In this document: one piece after another, positions 8,210-18,243 of the stretch | How positions within the stretch are numbered: the stretch's first letter is position 1 | Layout: the number at the start of each line of letters is the position of its first letter | Virus record (IMG/VR): IMGVR_UViG_3300029305_005547 | Location: 128,001 to 192,000 of that record | From: a virus | Lineage: Duplodnaviria; Caudoviricetes | Reading direction: 5' to 3' (one strand) | DNA: 64,000 nt | Notes under the pieces: generated by a model | Seen by the model: the letters and a program-made list of their open reading frames with translations, nothing else | What the model was told of the DNA's origin: nothing | The model's database searches: none | Program-made: the position numbers and the translations under genes

Positions 8210-10090
8210 ATGGCGACTACAAGAAAACATATTGAGATGACCCGCATTGATTCAAGCGGTAATCAGGATATATTATATCCAAAGAATACACTCGCCGATG
8301 TCCACACAAGTTCGACATCCGGCGTTACAATTGAAGGAAAGGTAATGTTCTACGGTACTTGTTCTACAGCCGCTGCAACAGCTGCAAAAGTAGCTTCTGC
8401 AACAGGTTTTGTTCTTAAGGCAGGTGCTCATGTTACCGTTAAATTTACAAATGCTATTACTGTAGCAAGTGCTACATTGAACGTAAATAGTACAGGTGCA
8501 AAGGCAATTCATTACGAAGGTGCAGCTTTAAAGGCTAACGTTATTCGTGCTGGCGCTTCTGTTGAGTTCGTTTACGATGGTACTAATTACCTCGTAGTTG
8601 CAGGTGTAAATCCTGCATATGTTGAAAATAAGAATACCACTAAGTTCTACTTACTTGGTACTCCTAATAATGCAGCAGGAATGCCTTCTGCTGAATATTT
8701 TGATACTGGTGTTTATGTAAGTACAACATCAGGTCAGTTAGTTGCAACATCATTCTCTGGTAATGGTTCTGCATTAACAAACTTAAATGCAAGTAATGTT
8801 AAAAGTGGTACATTAGCAGCTGAAAGACTTGCTACATCTGGCGCAACAGCAGGTTCATATGGATCTTCTGCAGATGCAACTGTAGCAGATTCAGGATCAT
8901 TCACTGTGCCTTATGTAACAGTAGATGCATATGGTCGTGTAACAGCAATTAAAAACGTTACTCTTACATTGACAAGTGATGCTAACTCTGATACAAAAGT
9001 TACAAATACCTTGAATACTACAGCTAAAGCTTATATTACAGGTACTACTTCTGCAACAACAAATACTGGTACTCAGGTATTTGATACTGGTGTTTACCTT
9101 GATACAACTGCAGGAAGACTTACTTCCAGCTCTTTACTTACCGGTACATGTTATTTAGGAAGTTCAACTTCTAACTACATTAACGGTACAAACTATACCG
9201 GAACTGCTGCAAAAGTTGGTACACTTTCTGGTTGGTTGATAGATAGTTGTGCTTCTGCAAGTGCTAACGGAGTAACCAATAAGGCGCTTACAGCAAACCA
9301 GGGCTATTTGTTGCAAAATCAGATTGATACACTAAATAGTAATATGAGTAGTTATTTACCTTTATCAGGTGGAACATTAACTGGTACATTAACAAGTAGA
9401 AATGTAACACCTAGTGCTAATGTATCATATTCATTAGGTTCGACAACAAGAGTATGGACAAATTCATTTGTTAAAACCATGTATATATATGATGGTACAA
9501 ATACATCATCTAATTGCGGAAGTTTTGCAGTTTCTAATGTAGGTACAACATCTGCAGAAGGAATAGCATATCTAATGGTTGGTAATGCTACTTCGTCAGG
9601 AACAGCTGGAAATTCTACTGGTAGATTGCGTCTTTATAATAAGTGGGGCGGTTATGCTGATATTATACCAACAGTTAATAGAAGAGATAATTATACTTTA
9701 AAATTACCTGGAGAAGCTGGAGTATTAGTGAGTGACAACACGATAAAACATGTTGTTGGTAGTACTAAGACTGGAAAAGTTAGTACAAATGAAATAGCTG
9801 GGTTGATTGGTGTTGGTGGAGTTATACTTTCTATGCAAGTATTTGCCCAGATAAATGGAAGTACTACTATTGTAGTATCAACGGAAATACCAAGGAAATC
9901 TGACGTTTCAAGAATAAGAGCAGGATATTTTCAAAATATGGGGGTTTCTGATTCTAATGGTGGAGCTGTATATTGGGATATAGATCAAAGTTTTAATATA
10001 TCTTTAGCATATGCCTATTTGAATGGTACTGAGTATTCAACTACAACAAAATGGTGGATTGAATATACTTATATTGACATTGTCTCATAA
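8210..10090 (+). CDS. Tail fibre / receptor-binding protein (expressed locus: constant aa 1-374, variable tip from L375)
   Basis: Gly/Thr/Ser-rich fibre repeats (FDTGVY twice, YLPLSGGTLTG), AGGAGG RBS, late promoter at 8121-8133. Confidence 0.88.
   Translation: MATTRKHIEMTRIDSSGNQDILYPKNTLADVHTSSTSGVTIEGKVMFYGTCSTAAATAAKVASATGFVLKAGAHVTVKFTNAITVASATLNVNSTGAKAIHYEGAALKANVIRAGASVEFVYDGTNYLVVAGVNPAYVENKNTTKFYLLGTPNNAAGMPSAEYFDTGVYVSTTSGQLVATSFSGNGSALTNLNASNVKSGTLAAERLATSGATAGSYGSSADATVADSGSFTVPYVTVDAYGRVTAIKNVTLTLTSDANSDTKVTNTLNTTAKAYITGTTSATTNTGTQVFDTGVYLDTTAGRLTSSSLLTGTCYLGSSTSNYINGTNYTGTAAKVGTLSGWLIDSCASASANGVTNKALTANQGYLLQNQIDTLNSNMSSYLPLSGGTLTGTLTSRNVTPSANVSYSLGSTTRVWTNSFVKTMYIYDGTNTSSNCGSFAVSNVGTTSAEGIAYLMVGNATSSGTAGNSTGRLRLYNKWGGYADIIPTVNRRDNYTLKLPGEAGVLVSDNTIKHVVGSTKTGKVSTNEIAGLIGVGGVILSMQVFAQINGSTTIVVSTEIPRKSDVSRIRAGYFQNMGVSDSNGGAVYWDIDQSFNISLAYAYLNGTEYSTTTKWWIEYTYIDIVS
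9332..9342 (+). repeat. R box within the tail-fibre gene (CTAAATAGTAA, encoding L-N-S-N)
   Basis: Identical to the 3' end of all five 80-bp elements and in the same reading frame. Confidence 0.88.
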
Positions 10091-10225
10091 TCTATCTAGA
10101 TGATCCATGACTGAAAAGTTAATTACAGAATAAAAAATATGGTATACTATATAGTATACCATATTTTTACTCCGAAAATATCGAGAAAACAAAATATTAA
10201 TGTTGAAAGAAAGGAAATGAAACTC

Positions 10226-10399
10226 ATGAGTATTTTTACAAATTCTGAGAAAAACTTTCTTAGTTCTCTCGGTGATGAAATATTTGTAGAGTCTTCAAAG
10301 TCAGAATGTAAAAAAGTTTTTGATACGGCGTATAAAGTATTGGAAGAACTTGGGTTTACTCCAAATATCGGTAAAAAAGAAAAACTAAAAGTACTATAA
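10226..10399 (+). pseudogene. Truncated head-protein-like gene (5' fragment)
   Basis: Late promoter at 10188 and RBS; IFVES motif like the head family; runs into an unrelated fragment at ~10385. Confidence 0.45.
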
Positions 10400-10744
10400 A
10401 TACATCAGGAAATCTTATTACATTTAAAGCTCCATGTAAAAATTATAAATATGCTAAAGTTACTCTAGCATATGGTTATTATGCAAATTACGGTGATTTT
10501 AAAATCACTTATACATTACCCGGAGGAAGTACTGTTTCATTAATCGATAAAGCGTATAGTGATGGTCAAAGTGGTGGTATATTAACAAAAACATTTACCA
10601 TAGACACTTCTACATTAGCCAGTGATGATACAAGTACATTTAAAGGAACTCTATATCTATTAAATAGAAGTAGTAATAGTGTATATTGGGGTTTTAATGG
10701 TTGTATTGGAATATAAAAAAATTGAATTGACTAACACAGCATAA
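10390..10744 (+). pseudogene. 5'-truncated, frameshifted paralogue of 44333-44920
   Basis: Start-less frame ...ITFKAPCKNYKYAKVTLAYGYYANYGD...LYLLNRSSNSVYWGFNGCIGI*, then IELTNTA* in another frame; matches MTFTSNIKNFTYAKV...NYGD...LYNRSSN...NGGIG...VLTNTA*. Confidence 0.75.
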
Positions 10745-10857
10745 TGGTTAGTTATATTTTTATACAAGAGAAGACAATAAAGTCTTCTCTTGTATTATAT
10801 TTTTATCCATATATTATTATATTAGATAATTCTTAATATAATGAAAGAGGGATAAAA

Positions 10858-11445
10858 ATGAAAATATACATGTTTTATTTTAGAGATAAAGATGTTAATA
10901 GACGATTAGAACCAGTTCTTTATGCATATACGAATAGTAAAGAATTTGCTGAAAGATTTAAAGAATACCGTAATATGGATAAATTTATATGTTATGAAAG
11001 AGAACTTACGAAAGATCAGTTCAAAGACGTAACTAGAACGCATCCATCACAACAACTAACAGAAACAGAATTTGTTACAAAAGATCCAGAATTTCCAACT
11101 AAGAAAATGAATGTAAGTATTGTGTGTACATGGGATGAAGAAAAGGCTGTTATACTTGAAAGTGAAGATAGTGTCTTTAGATTATTTGAAAAACAGATGT
11201 TTGATCCATCTATGTTAAATATGGATATAAAAGGTATATTGTATAAATTTGGATTCTTTACGATATATCAATATTTGTACAATAATATGTACATATATAA
11301 TCCATTAGAAGGGTCTGAATATACTGGTGTGTTCTTTAAAGACGCTATTGCTGGAGACACAATAAGACCAGTTGCTAATATGCAAAATATTCATGCTGAT
11401 CAATTAGCAATGTTCATACATTTATTTGGAGGTACTGTAAAATAA
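10858..11445 (+). CDS. Hypothetical protein
   Basis: 195-aa ORF, RBS, early motif at 10808-10817. Confidence 0.75.
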   Translation: MKIYMFYFRDKDVNRRLEPVLYAYTNSKEFAERFKEYRNMDKFICYERELTKDQFKDVTRTHPSQQLTETEFVTKDPEFPTKKMNVSIVCTWDEEKAVILESEDSVFRLFEKQMFDPSMLNMDIKGILYKFGFFTIYQYLYNNMYIYNPLEGSEYTGVFFKDAIAGDTIRPVANMQNIHADQLAMFIHLFGGTVK

Positions 11446-11483
11446 TATGAAGGAAGACTATACAAATAGTCTTCCTTCTTTTT

Positions 11484-12803
11484 TTATTCATCTAAGTTAT
11501 CTACAAATTGAAATGTGAGATCTTCATCTCTATCAATAGTAATAAGCTTACGCTCTTTAGTAGATAAATCTTCATTAATCGATAATCCATATAAAGTATC
11601 TAAATCATCAGATACTGTAAATAAAACAAAATTATCATTTTCATAGTTCAGGATAGTTAACATATTATTTTCGTTATTATTCTTGATATTTGCAATCAGA
11701 ATTTTACAATCAAGTTCAGCCTGAATATACATCTTGAACTGATCGTCTATAACGAAATTAACTTTAACATTATCCCCTTTATCAATATATGATTTAACCG
11801 AGTCTGAATTAAATCTAAGTAAATCAGATTTTAATTTTTCCATATTCCCTGTAAGTGATCTGAAAATACCGGAATCACCGAAAACTGTAATATCAGACTC
11901 AGATTTACCCGAAAATTCGGGAGTAAAAATTTCAATATCAGAAGTATTTTCAAAGAAAGGTGTACATATAGCATTTTCAGATACTTTCTTTACAAATCCT
12001 GTTTTGTAAAGATGTAATGCTAATGTAACATCTTTTGCTTTTATTTCTAAATTTTCATTTTTGTTGTCACCATTTCTTCCATGAATAAATAACAGAACAA
12101 ATGGATCAGCAGCGTCATTAGATCCACGAATCAGATCAACATCAAAATTGTAAAGTTCGTAAAGTGACGATAACACATATGCGAAATCATTCGAATCCAT
12201 AGGTTTACAGAATCTCGTGTATTCTAACAACTTAAAGAAGTAATTAAAGAATGACTCTGTTAAAGTATACTCTTCTTTACTTCCCATGTATTTATATAAT
12301 AACATACATGTTCTTACACAAGGTTCCAAAATGGATTCTAATAAAAATCTTGATATCGTTTCATAATCTTTTTTTGAATGATAATTCCACATAAACATGA
12401 TATATTTCTTTACGAAGTAGCATATTTTGTAATACAGTTCTCTCACATTATCAATAGAACCTATTGTCAATGTTGAAAGATAGGTATCGAAATTCCAAAT
12501 GAATTTACCTTCATTAGTAGCTTCCTTATAACTAGGAAGTGGCTTTAATAAAGGATTATTAATCCATTTTAATCTGATATCATCAATATGCTTTGTATTT
12601 GCAACAATAAGACCATTATCATCTCTCATAAGTGGTACTTTACCATCTAATCCAAAATGGTCTTTATTCTCAATAATTATTCTTTGAACTTGGAAAGGGA
12701 GTATTGAAAATACTTTTCCCAAAAACAAAGCATCATTTTTATCAATAGAACCATTAGAGAAAGATTTTAATCTATCTCCATAATCTTGTCTTATTAAATT
12801 CAT
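11484..12803 (-). CDS. Hypothetical protein
   Basis: 439-aa ORF with AAAGGA RBS. Confidence 0.8.
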   Translation of the reverse strand: MNLIRQDYGDRLKSFSNGSIDKNDALFLGKVFSILPFQVQRIIIENKDHFGLDGKVPLMRDDNGLIVANTKHIDDIRLKWINNPLLKPLPSYKEATNEGKFIWNFDTYLSTLTIGSIDNVRELYYKICYFVKKYIMFMWNYHSKKDYETISRFLLESILEPCVRTCMLLYKYMGSKEEYTLTESFFNYFFKLLEYTRFCKPMDSNDFAYVLSSLYELYNFDVDLIRGSNDAADPFVLLFIHGRNGDNKNENLEIKAKDVTLALHLYKTGFVKKVSENAICTPFFENTSDIEIFTPEFSGKSESDITVFGDSGIFRSLTGNMEKLKSDLLRFNSDSVKSYIDKGDNVKVNFVIDDQFKMYIQAELDCKILIANIKNNNENNMLTILNYENDNFVLFTVSDDLDTLYGLSINEDLSTKERKLITIDRDEDLTFQFVDNLDE

Positions 12804-12817
12804 AATAGTTTTCCTTT

Positions 12818-13615
12818 CTAAGGCATGAAGATTTTTTCAACTTCATCATTTAAAAATTTCTGTTTTGCAACTAATAAATAGTTAAGAAACTTTACATGAT
12901 TCTTATCTTCAATCTTAACGTAATTAAACGTATTTTTATTTGATTTCATAACAGCATCTTTAAGTTTTTCTTTAACCTTATCGACATCCTGAATCTTATG
13001 ATGGGTGTTAGGGTTACTACCACCATCTTTAATTTCAACTTCAAGATTTAATGAAGGAATAAAAAAATCTGGGATATAAAAATGCTTTTCTCCGTTATAC
13101 TCATAATAATACGTATGAGGAGACGGAGAAATAATATCCCTAGGATTAAAATGAAGATCCAAATCAAGAAATTCCAAAAACGCTTTTTCATAACTCCCCG
13201 TATAAGGAATTTTAATTCTTGGATCATCACTCCACGGATATATACCGGAAATCTTTCTATTTGCAAGCATTTTCTTTTGGTGTTCAGGATCGTTGAGTAA
13301 AGTAACTTTCCCATACTTGCCAATCATTCTTTCTTTAAATATTTCTTTATATTTCTCCTTACAACGAGGATCATTACAAAATCTATTGTATTTATGTGTA
13401 GTTTCATTCCAATCGGTTTCTTCTTTACACATAACACAACTACCTTTAAGTTTTCCAGTCTTTTGATAGTAATAATATCTCCACCCTGAGAAATCAACAG
13501 GAAGAAAATCTTCGTGTTCGGTTTCTAAATGAATTGTATATGCATCAGGGTCTAAAAAATAAGTATCACAAAACTGGCAATGAATTTTTCTTCTATTTCT
13601 CATTTTCGTTGCCAT
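12818..13615 (-). CDS. Zn-finger plus TnsA-like PD-(D/E)xK endonuclease-domain protein
   Basis: CxxC..H..H and CxxC..C...C motifs; YIPDF...EVEIK. Confidence 0.65.
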   Translation of the reverse strand: MATKMRNRRKIHCQFCDTYFLDPDAYTIHLETEHEDFLPVDFSGWRYYYYQKTGKLKGSCVMCKEETDWNETTHKYNRFCNDPRCKEKYKEIFKERMIGKYGKVTLLNDPEHQKKMLANRKISGIYPWSDDPRIKIPYTGSYEKAFLEFLDLDLHFNPRDIISPSPHTYYYEYNGEKHFYIPDFFIPSLNLEVEIKDGGSNPNTHHKIQDVDKVKEKLKDAVMKSNKNTFNYVKIEDKNHVKFLNYLLVAKQKFLNDEVEKIFMP

Positions 13616-13785
13616 AGTTGTTACCAGCCTTTCATAAATTCATTAAAATATTGTCGTCTATACTTTATTATTATATCTATTTTTTTTATAGTGAAATTCT
13701 TAAAATAAACTAAATCTATATCAATCACAATACTATAAGTACATATGTTTTAATATTCTAAATATTAAAGAAAGGAAATAACAAC

Positions 13786-14928
13786 ATGGAATTTCAAGAA
13801 TTGAAATACTTGGCTTTAGAATCAGCTGGTTATATTACAGAAGATGATTCATTATTTTTAGCAGAAGAAAAATCAATTGAAGACGTTGTTCTTGATAATA
13901 AAAAAGCTTTTGTAGTTGGTGGTGTTATTACTGCTATAGGTGCAGTATCTGCTGGAATTGCAGCTTTTATTCGCGACAAAAAAGCTAAAGATGTCATAAA
14001 GTCACATTCTGAACTTAAAGACATTGATGAGAAAATTAAAAAATCTAAAGATACTATCAAATCCCTTAAGAAAAATCTCAATTCTGATATATGGAAATAT
14101 GCAAAATTATCTACTGACGCGGATAGACTTGCGGATTTATTTGGTGCTAAAACTAAACAGGTTTATGATGGTTTCTATAAATATGATGAAACCATAGTTA
14201 ATAGATATAGAACTGAGGCTAATCCTGATTTTGATCCTAAGAAGGCTGCTGAATGGAAGAAAACAAGTGATGATGCTATGGAATGCATTTCTCGTATTAA
14301 GGATGGTAAGAAAACTTTAAAAGCGGAATTTTCAAATCTTAAGACATATCACAAGGAATTGAAAAGTCTTGCAAGAAAGTATGCAACAGCTACTCCTGAA
14401 GCTACAGAAAGATTAATTTCTTGTGTAGACAAATCTATTGAAGAAATAGATAAGTGTATATCATCAATAGATGATTTTATCAATAGTAATGAAAAATTAC
14501 TAGAGTCTGCAGATGAAATAAAGTTATCTATTTTTGAATCTCATCGTTCAGGAGATATTACTGACGAAGAAAAAACTGAATTATTGGCTTTAGTTCAGGA
14601 AGGTGTGATTGATAAAATCAAATCTAAATTTAATAAGAAAAATAATTCCTCTACCACGGATACTAATAATAATATTCCATCTATAAAAGATGAAATATCA
14701 CGTTTAAAAGAAGTAAAATCCGAAACAAAAAGTGATATTGATAAAATTAATGAAGCAAAGCAAAAACTTCTGGATGCAAAAAACAAGATGAATACAAGTA
14801 AAAATGTATCACCTGTTATTGAATCTTCAATGTCAGTTAATTCATTAAAACTTGAAATTTATGAGTCTTGTCATACAGGTGACATTACCAAAGAAGAAAG
14901 AGATATTCTTCTTGATATGGTTGAGTAA
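13786..14928 (+). CDS. Putative internal head protein
   Basis: Two copies of IKLxIxESxxxGDITxEE(K/R)xxLL, a motif shared with 19016-19663. Confidence 0.6.
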   Translation: MEFQELKYLALESAGYITEDDSLFLAEEKSIEDVVLDNKKAFVVGGVITAIGAVSAGIAAFIRDKKAKDVIKSHSELKDIDEKIKKSKDTIKSLKKNLNSDIWKYAKLSTDADRLADLFGAKTKQVYDGFYKYDETIVNRYRTEANPDFDPKKAAEWKKTSDDAMECISRIKDGKKTLKAEFSNLKTYHKELKSLARKYATATPEATERLISCVDKSIEEIDKCISSIDDFINSNEKLLESADEIKLSIFESHRSGDITDEEKTELLALVQEGVIDKIKSKFNKKNNSSTTDTNNNIPSIKDEISRLKEVKSETKSDIDKINEAKQKLLDAKNKMNTSKNVSPVIESSMSVNSLKLEIYESCHTGDITKEERDILLDMVE

Positions 14929-14975
14929 AGGATTTGATGCGCTACTGTAGTTGAAGATATTAGGTAGGGGGTTGG

Positions 14976-15055
14976 ACGGAATTTAGTTAAGTAAAATTTC
15001 TGTAAGTCTCGATATTTCTCGGGACTTACAGATTCTTTATTTAGCTAAATAGTAA
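14976..15055 (+). repeat. 80-bp cassette element, copy 2
   Basis: Identical to copy 1. Confidence 0.97.
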
Positions 15056-15413
15056 CGCATCTGTTATTGGAGATATATTTACATCATATGGACAAATGAC
15101 ATGTGTTGGAAGTGAAGGTGGTGGAACTGGAAGTACAAGTACAAATGTAAATGACATACCTAATGGTATTTACTGCGCAATTATCACAGTTGAAGCATGG
15201 GTTGGACAAAATACAAACGTACAAATAAATTCTAATGGCATCAATACCAATAATACATTTATGTATGCATATCAGACAGGAAGAAATACAATTCAGCATG
15301 TATCTATAGTAAATATAACTAACGGCATATTTACAATTTATTTATTTCATAATGATTCTGTAAGTGAGGCACGTGCATTTAATTGGCGCGTTACATTAGT
15401 ACGTATAAAATAA
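15045..15413 (+). other. Silent tail-fibre C-terminal cassette 2 (122 aa, LNSNASVIGD...)
   Basis: Open from CTA 15045 after TAG; the listed ATG at 15096 is internal and in frame; terminator at ~15426-15460. Confidence 0.8.
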
Positions 15414-15516
15414 ATTACAATATATTATGAAGAGAATACAATATGTATTCTCTTCATAATTTTCAATAATTTATTATCTAAAATACACTTGAATAAGAAA
15501 GGATTGGTAATATATC

Positions 15517-15936
15517 ATGGCTATAGATCCTGGATTTGGAACCGATAATTTCGGTAATCCTAAAATGTATTCAGAAACAGAAACACTGGCAAAAAATATT
15601 TTAACAGTGTTATTTGGTAAAAAAGGAGCATATCCTACATTACCTAATCTTGGAATGGATGTCGCTAGATACGTTTTAACTATGTTTGATGAAATAAAAG
15701 AAGATGATCTTAAAACTGAATTAGTTCAGAATTGTTCATCTTTTTCTGGTGTAGTTAACAACGGAGATTTTGATGTCATAAAGACAATTCTCAAAGATCA
15801 GTATGGTAATGATGCTCCTACTATTTTATTTAAAATTCCTACTATGATAAAAAATGTAAGTAGGAGTCTTATCATTGGAATTACTGCATCCAATAACCAA
15901 GTAGAATATAATTTTAATTGGAGTACGGATGTGTAA
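15517..15936 (+). CDS. Baseplate wedge protein, gp25-like
   Basis: Size and 'NILTVLFGKKGAYPTLPNLG' resemble the gp25/GPW motif (L.T..GE....P.FG). Confidence 0.6.
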   Translation: MAIDPGFGTDNFGNPKMYSETETLAKNILTVLFGKKGAYPTLPNLGMDVARYVLTMFDEIKEDDLKTELVQNCSSFSGVVNNGDFDVIKTILKDQYGNDAPTILFKIPTMIKNVSRSLIIGITASNNQVEYNFNWSTDV

Positions 15937-15967
15937 TACATAACAAAAAAGAAAGGAAACTAAAATT

Positions 15968-17686
15968 ATGAGTGAAACAAAAATAACTCAGAATAGTAAT
16001 CTGGATGTAGCTGCCCTTTTCCAGACTGCTAAAGGAAATGCAAATTCAGAAGAACCAATAGCTACACCTAGTGCAGCTGTTAATAAAACACCTTTACAGA
16101 TGATGCAGGAGCGTCAGGGAAAAGGTGTTCCTATCGTAAATAATAATGATGATGGTCCTAAACGTGGTGGTTCTATGACTGATGAAAGAATCGACAGTGT
16201 TCAGAAGACTATGAATGACATGGATGAACTTGCTGAAAAAGCAAGACTTGTAGGAATTACTAAGCGTCCAGAAACTGACCTTGAAATGGCTGAACTCGTT
16301 GACAGATTGGATAAACTTGATATCGATGATCTTAGAGCTGCAAATCAGGAAGCTGCAGTTGAAGACGGAGATAATGTAGTTCAGTCCAGTGACGTTATTG
16401 GATCAGATATTTCTGCAGATACAATTATTGCTGGTGAACAGCGTAATATTGACAATTCAGGTTTATTTGTACCTGCTTCTGCAGTTAAAGAAAATGCTGG
16501 TGAAAACAAGCCTGAAACCCCTGTAGCTGCTCTTACAAATGCAGAAGATACTTCAAAGGTATCTGTACTGATCGAGAAAGAAGCTACTAAAGAAGGAGAT
16601 AGAACTGTAGTTGAGTTTACTCCTGAAGAAAGAGAAAAGATGAGTGTTGCTAAGCAAATTGAACTCATCACAGTTAATACAATTAATATTAATACCGGTA
16701 AAGTTGTTAAGCCGGATGAAAACTTTTTAAAAGATTTCACGAGTCAGGTTCGTAAGTCTATCGGAGTATCTGCACTGATGACATTTGTAGCATCCAGATT
16801 CAGAGTGACTTTACGTGGTCTTACTTTCGGTGAATATATGGATTTGGCATTATCAGCAGATATTACAGAGGTTGAAACTTTAACAAAGAAACTTTCTGTA
16901 ATTTATAATGCAATTATCAATTCATCAATTGGTATGTTTACAAGTTTTGATGATTTCCTTCGTAATTTTGCATTCAAGGATGTGTCTCTTGGAACATATG
17001 GTCTTTACATTGCTACAAATCCTGAATCTCTTGAACTTGGTTTGCTTTGTGGAGTTGATTCTTGTAAGAAGAATTTCTCTGTAGGATTCAATCCTCGTAA
17101 TCTTCTTATTACTAAGAGACTCAGTCCTCGTTTTATTGAGATCATGGAAACTGCAGGTAGCCTTGATGGTGAAGAAGCTGTTAAATATCACAATGATTCT
17201 TCTATTATTACAAAGCAGATCATTGAACTCCCTGGAACCGGTGTAGGACTTGAAATTGGTAACAGATCATGTTATGATATGATTCATTCAGTACTTCCGT
17301 TTATTAATGATATTGAAGCTATTATGAATGAGAAGCATCCGGATGATACCAATAAGGTTCGTGAAATTATTACTTATGTAACTAATTACGTAAGTGCAAT
17401 CTACTTCAAGGATGAAAACCAGGAATACACCATCCGTGAAGATAATATCGAAAATATCGTTGAAGTTCTTTATAACGTACCTCTTACTGATTATGAGATC
17501 ATCTCTGCTATTATGAATCAGACCGACGAAGATTACGCATACTCATTCGGTGTACAGAATGTAGTTTGTCCTAGTTGTGGTAATGTAACGGAGGTTGTCG
17601 CTGTTGACATTGATGAAGAGGTTTTTCGTCAGTTCCAGGAACTGGGCAGTACGCGAATCGACAAAAAGAGTTTACCGCGTCTCTAG
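15968..17686 (+). CDS. Baseplate hub/tail assembly chaperone-like protein
   Basis: C-terminal CxxxxC and CPSCG motifs; next to the gp25-like gene; overlapping -1 frame to 17874. Confidence 0.55.
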   Translation: MSETKITQNSNLDVAALFQTAKGNANSEEPIATPSAAVNKTPLQMMQERQGKGVPIVNNNDDGPKRGGSMTDERIDSVQKTMNDMDELAEKARLVGITKRPETDLEMAELVDRLDKLDIDDLRAANQEAAVEDGDNVVQSSDVIGSDISADTIIAGEQRNIDNSGLFVPASAVKENAGENKPETPVAALTNAEDTSKVSVLIEKEATKEGDRTVVEFTPEEREKMSVAKQIELITVNTININTGKVVKPDENFLKDFTSQVRKSIGVSALMTFVASRFRVTLRGLTFGEYMDLALSADITEVETLTKKLSVIYNAIINSSIGMFTSFDDFLRNFAFKDVSLGTYGLYIATNPESLELGLLCGVDSCKKNFSVGFNPRNLLITKRLSPRFIEIMETAGSLDGEEAVKYHNDSSIITKQIIELPGTGVGLEIGNRSCYDMIHSVLPFINDIEAIMNEKHPDDTNKVREIITYVTNYVSAIYFKDENQEYTIREDNIENIVEVLYNVPLTDYEIISAIMNQTDEDYAYSFGVQNVVCPSCGNVTEVVAVDIDEEVFRQFQELGSTRIDKKSLPRL

Positions 17687-17874
17687 AAAATTTTCTAGAA
17701 TTTTTTAAGGGATCTCTTACATTAGATGATATCCTTAATAAATTGCCTTATAAAACGTTACTTGGTTTACGAGATGCCAAGTTAAAACGCCTGGAAGAAG
17801 AACAAAAACACCAAAAAGAACTTGAAAACAATCAACGTTCAATGAATATTCAAAATGCAATTCTTACTAAGTAA
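17620..17874 (+). other. Putative -1 frameshift extension of 15968-17686
   Basis: Start-less -1 frame open 17617-17874; slippery G GTT TTT at 17620-17626. Confidence 0.55.
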
Positions 17875-17907
17875 GAAAAAAATAAATGATGTTGAGGTAG
17901 AAAAATA

Positions 17908-18225
17908 ATGGAAAGAAGAATGTCTACTTTTGCATCTAACATGGTTGGAGATGACATTGATCTTCTCTATGATTTAGTATGCAAAAAATATACGAAATTC
18001 AAACTCTTCTATAGACTAGTTGAAGAGATTTCTGATTCGATTCTTACTTTAAAATATGACTTCTCCTCAGATACTTCTTTATACGTTAGTATGACTATGG
18101 ACAAAGGGGTTAAGACCAAAGAGGTCATATCGGATCTTGAAAGAAAGATCGATTCTTCAAGTCTATATACCTACAACATCGTATCTGATGGAAAGAAAAT
18201 CAAAATTAGTATTACAGCTGAATAA
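17908..18225 (+). CDS. Hypothetical protein
   Basis: GAGGT RBS, 105 aa. Confidence 0.7.
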   Translation: MERRMSTFASNMVGDDIDLLYDLVCKKYTKFKLFYRLVEEISDSILTLKYDFSSDTSLYVSMTMDKGVKTKEVISDLERKIDSSSLYTYNIVSDGKKIKISITAE

Positions 18226-18243
18226 AAAAGAAGGAAGATGCTT

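Noticed and set aside
9287-9293. CTTACAG inside the fibre gene matching the spacer hairpin arm
   Set aside because: Only 7 nt and at a different distance from the R box; plausibly chance.
8210-10090. Diversity-generating retroelement acting on the tail fibre
   Set aside because: No reverse transcriptase in the window and no TR/VR pair differing only at adenines; the cassettes are wholly different sequences.
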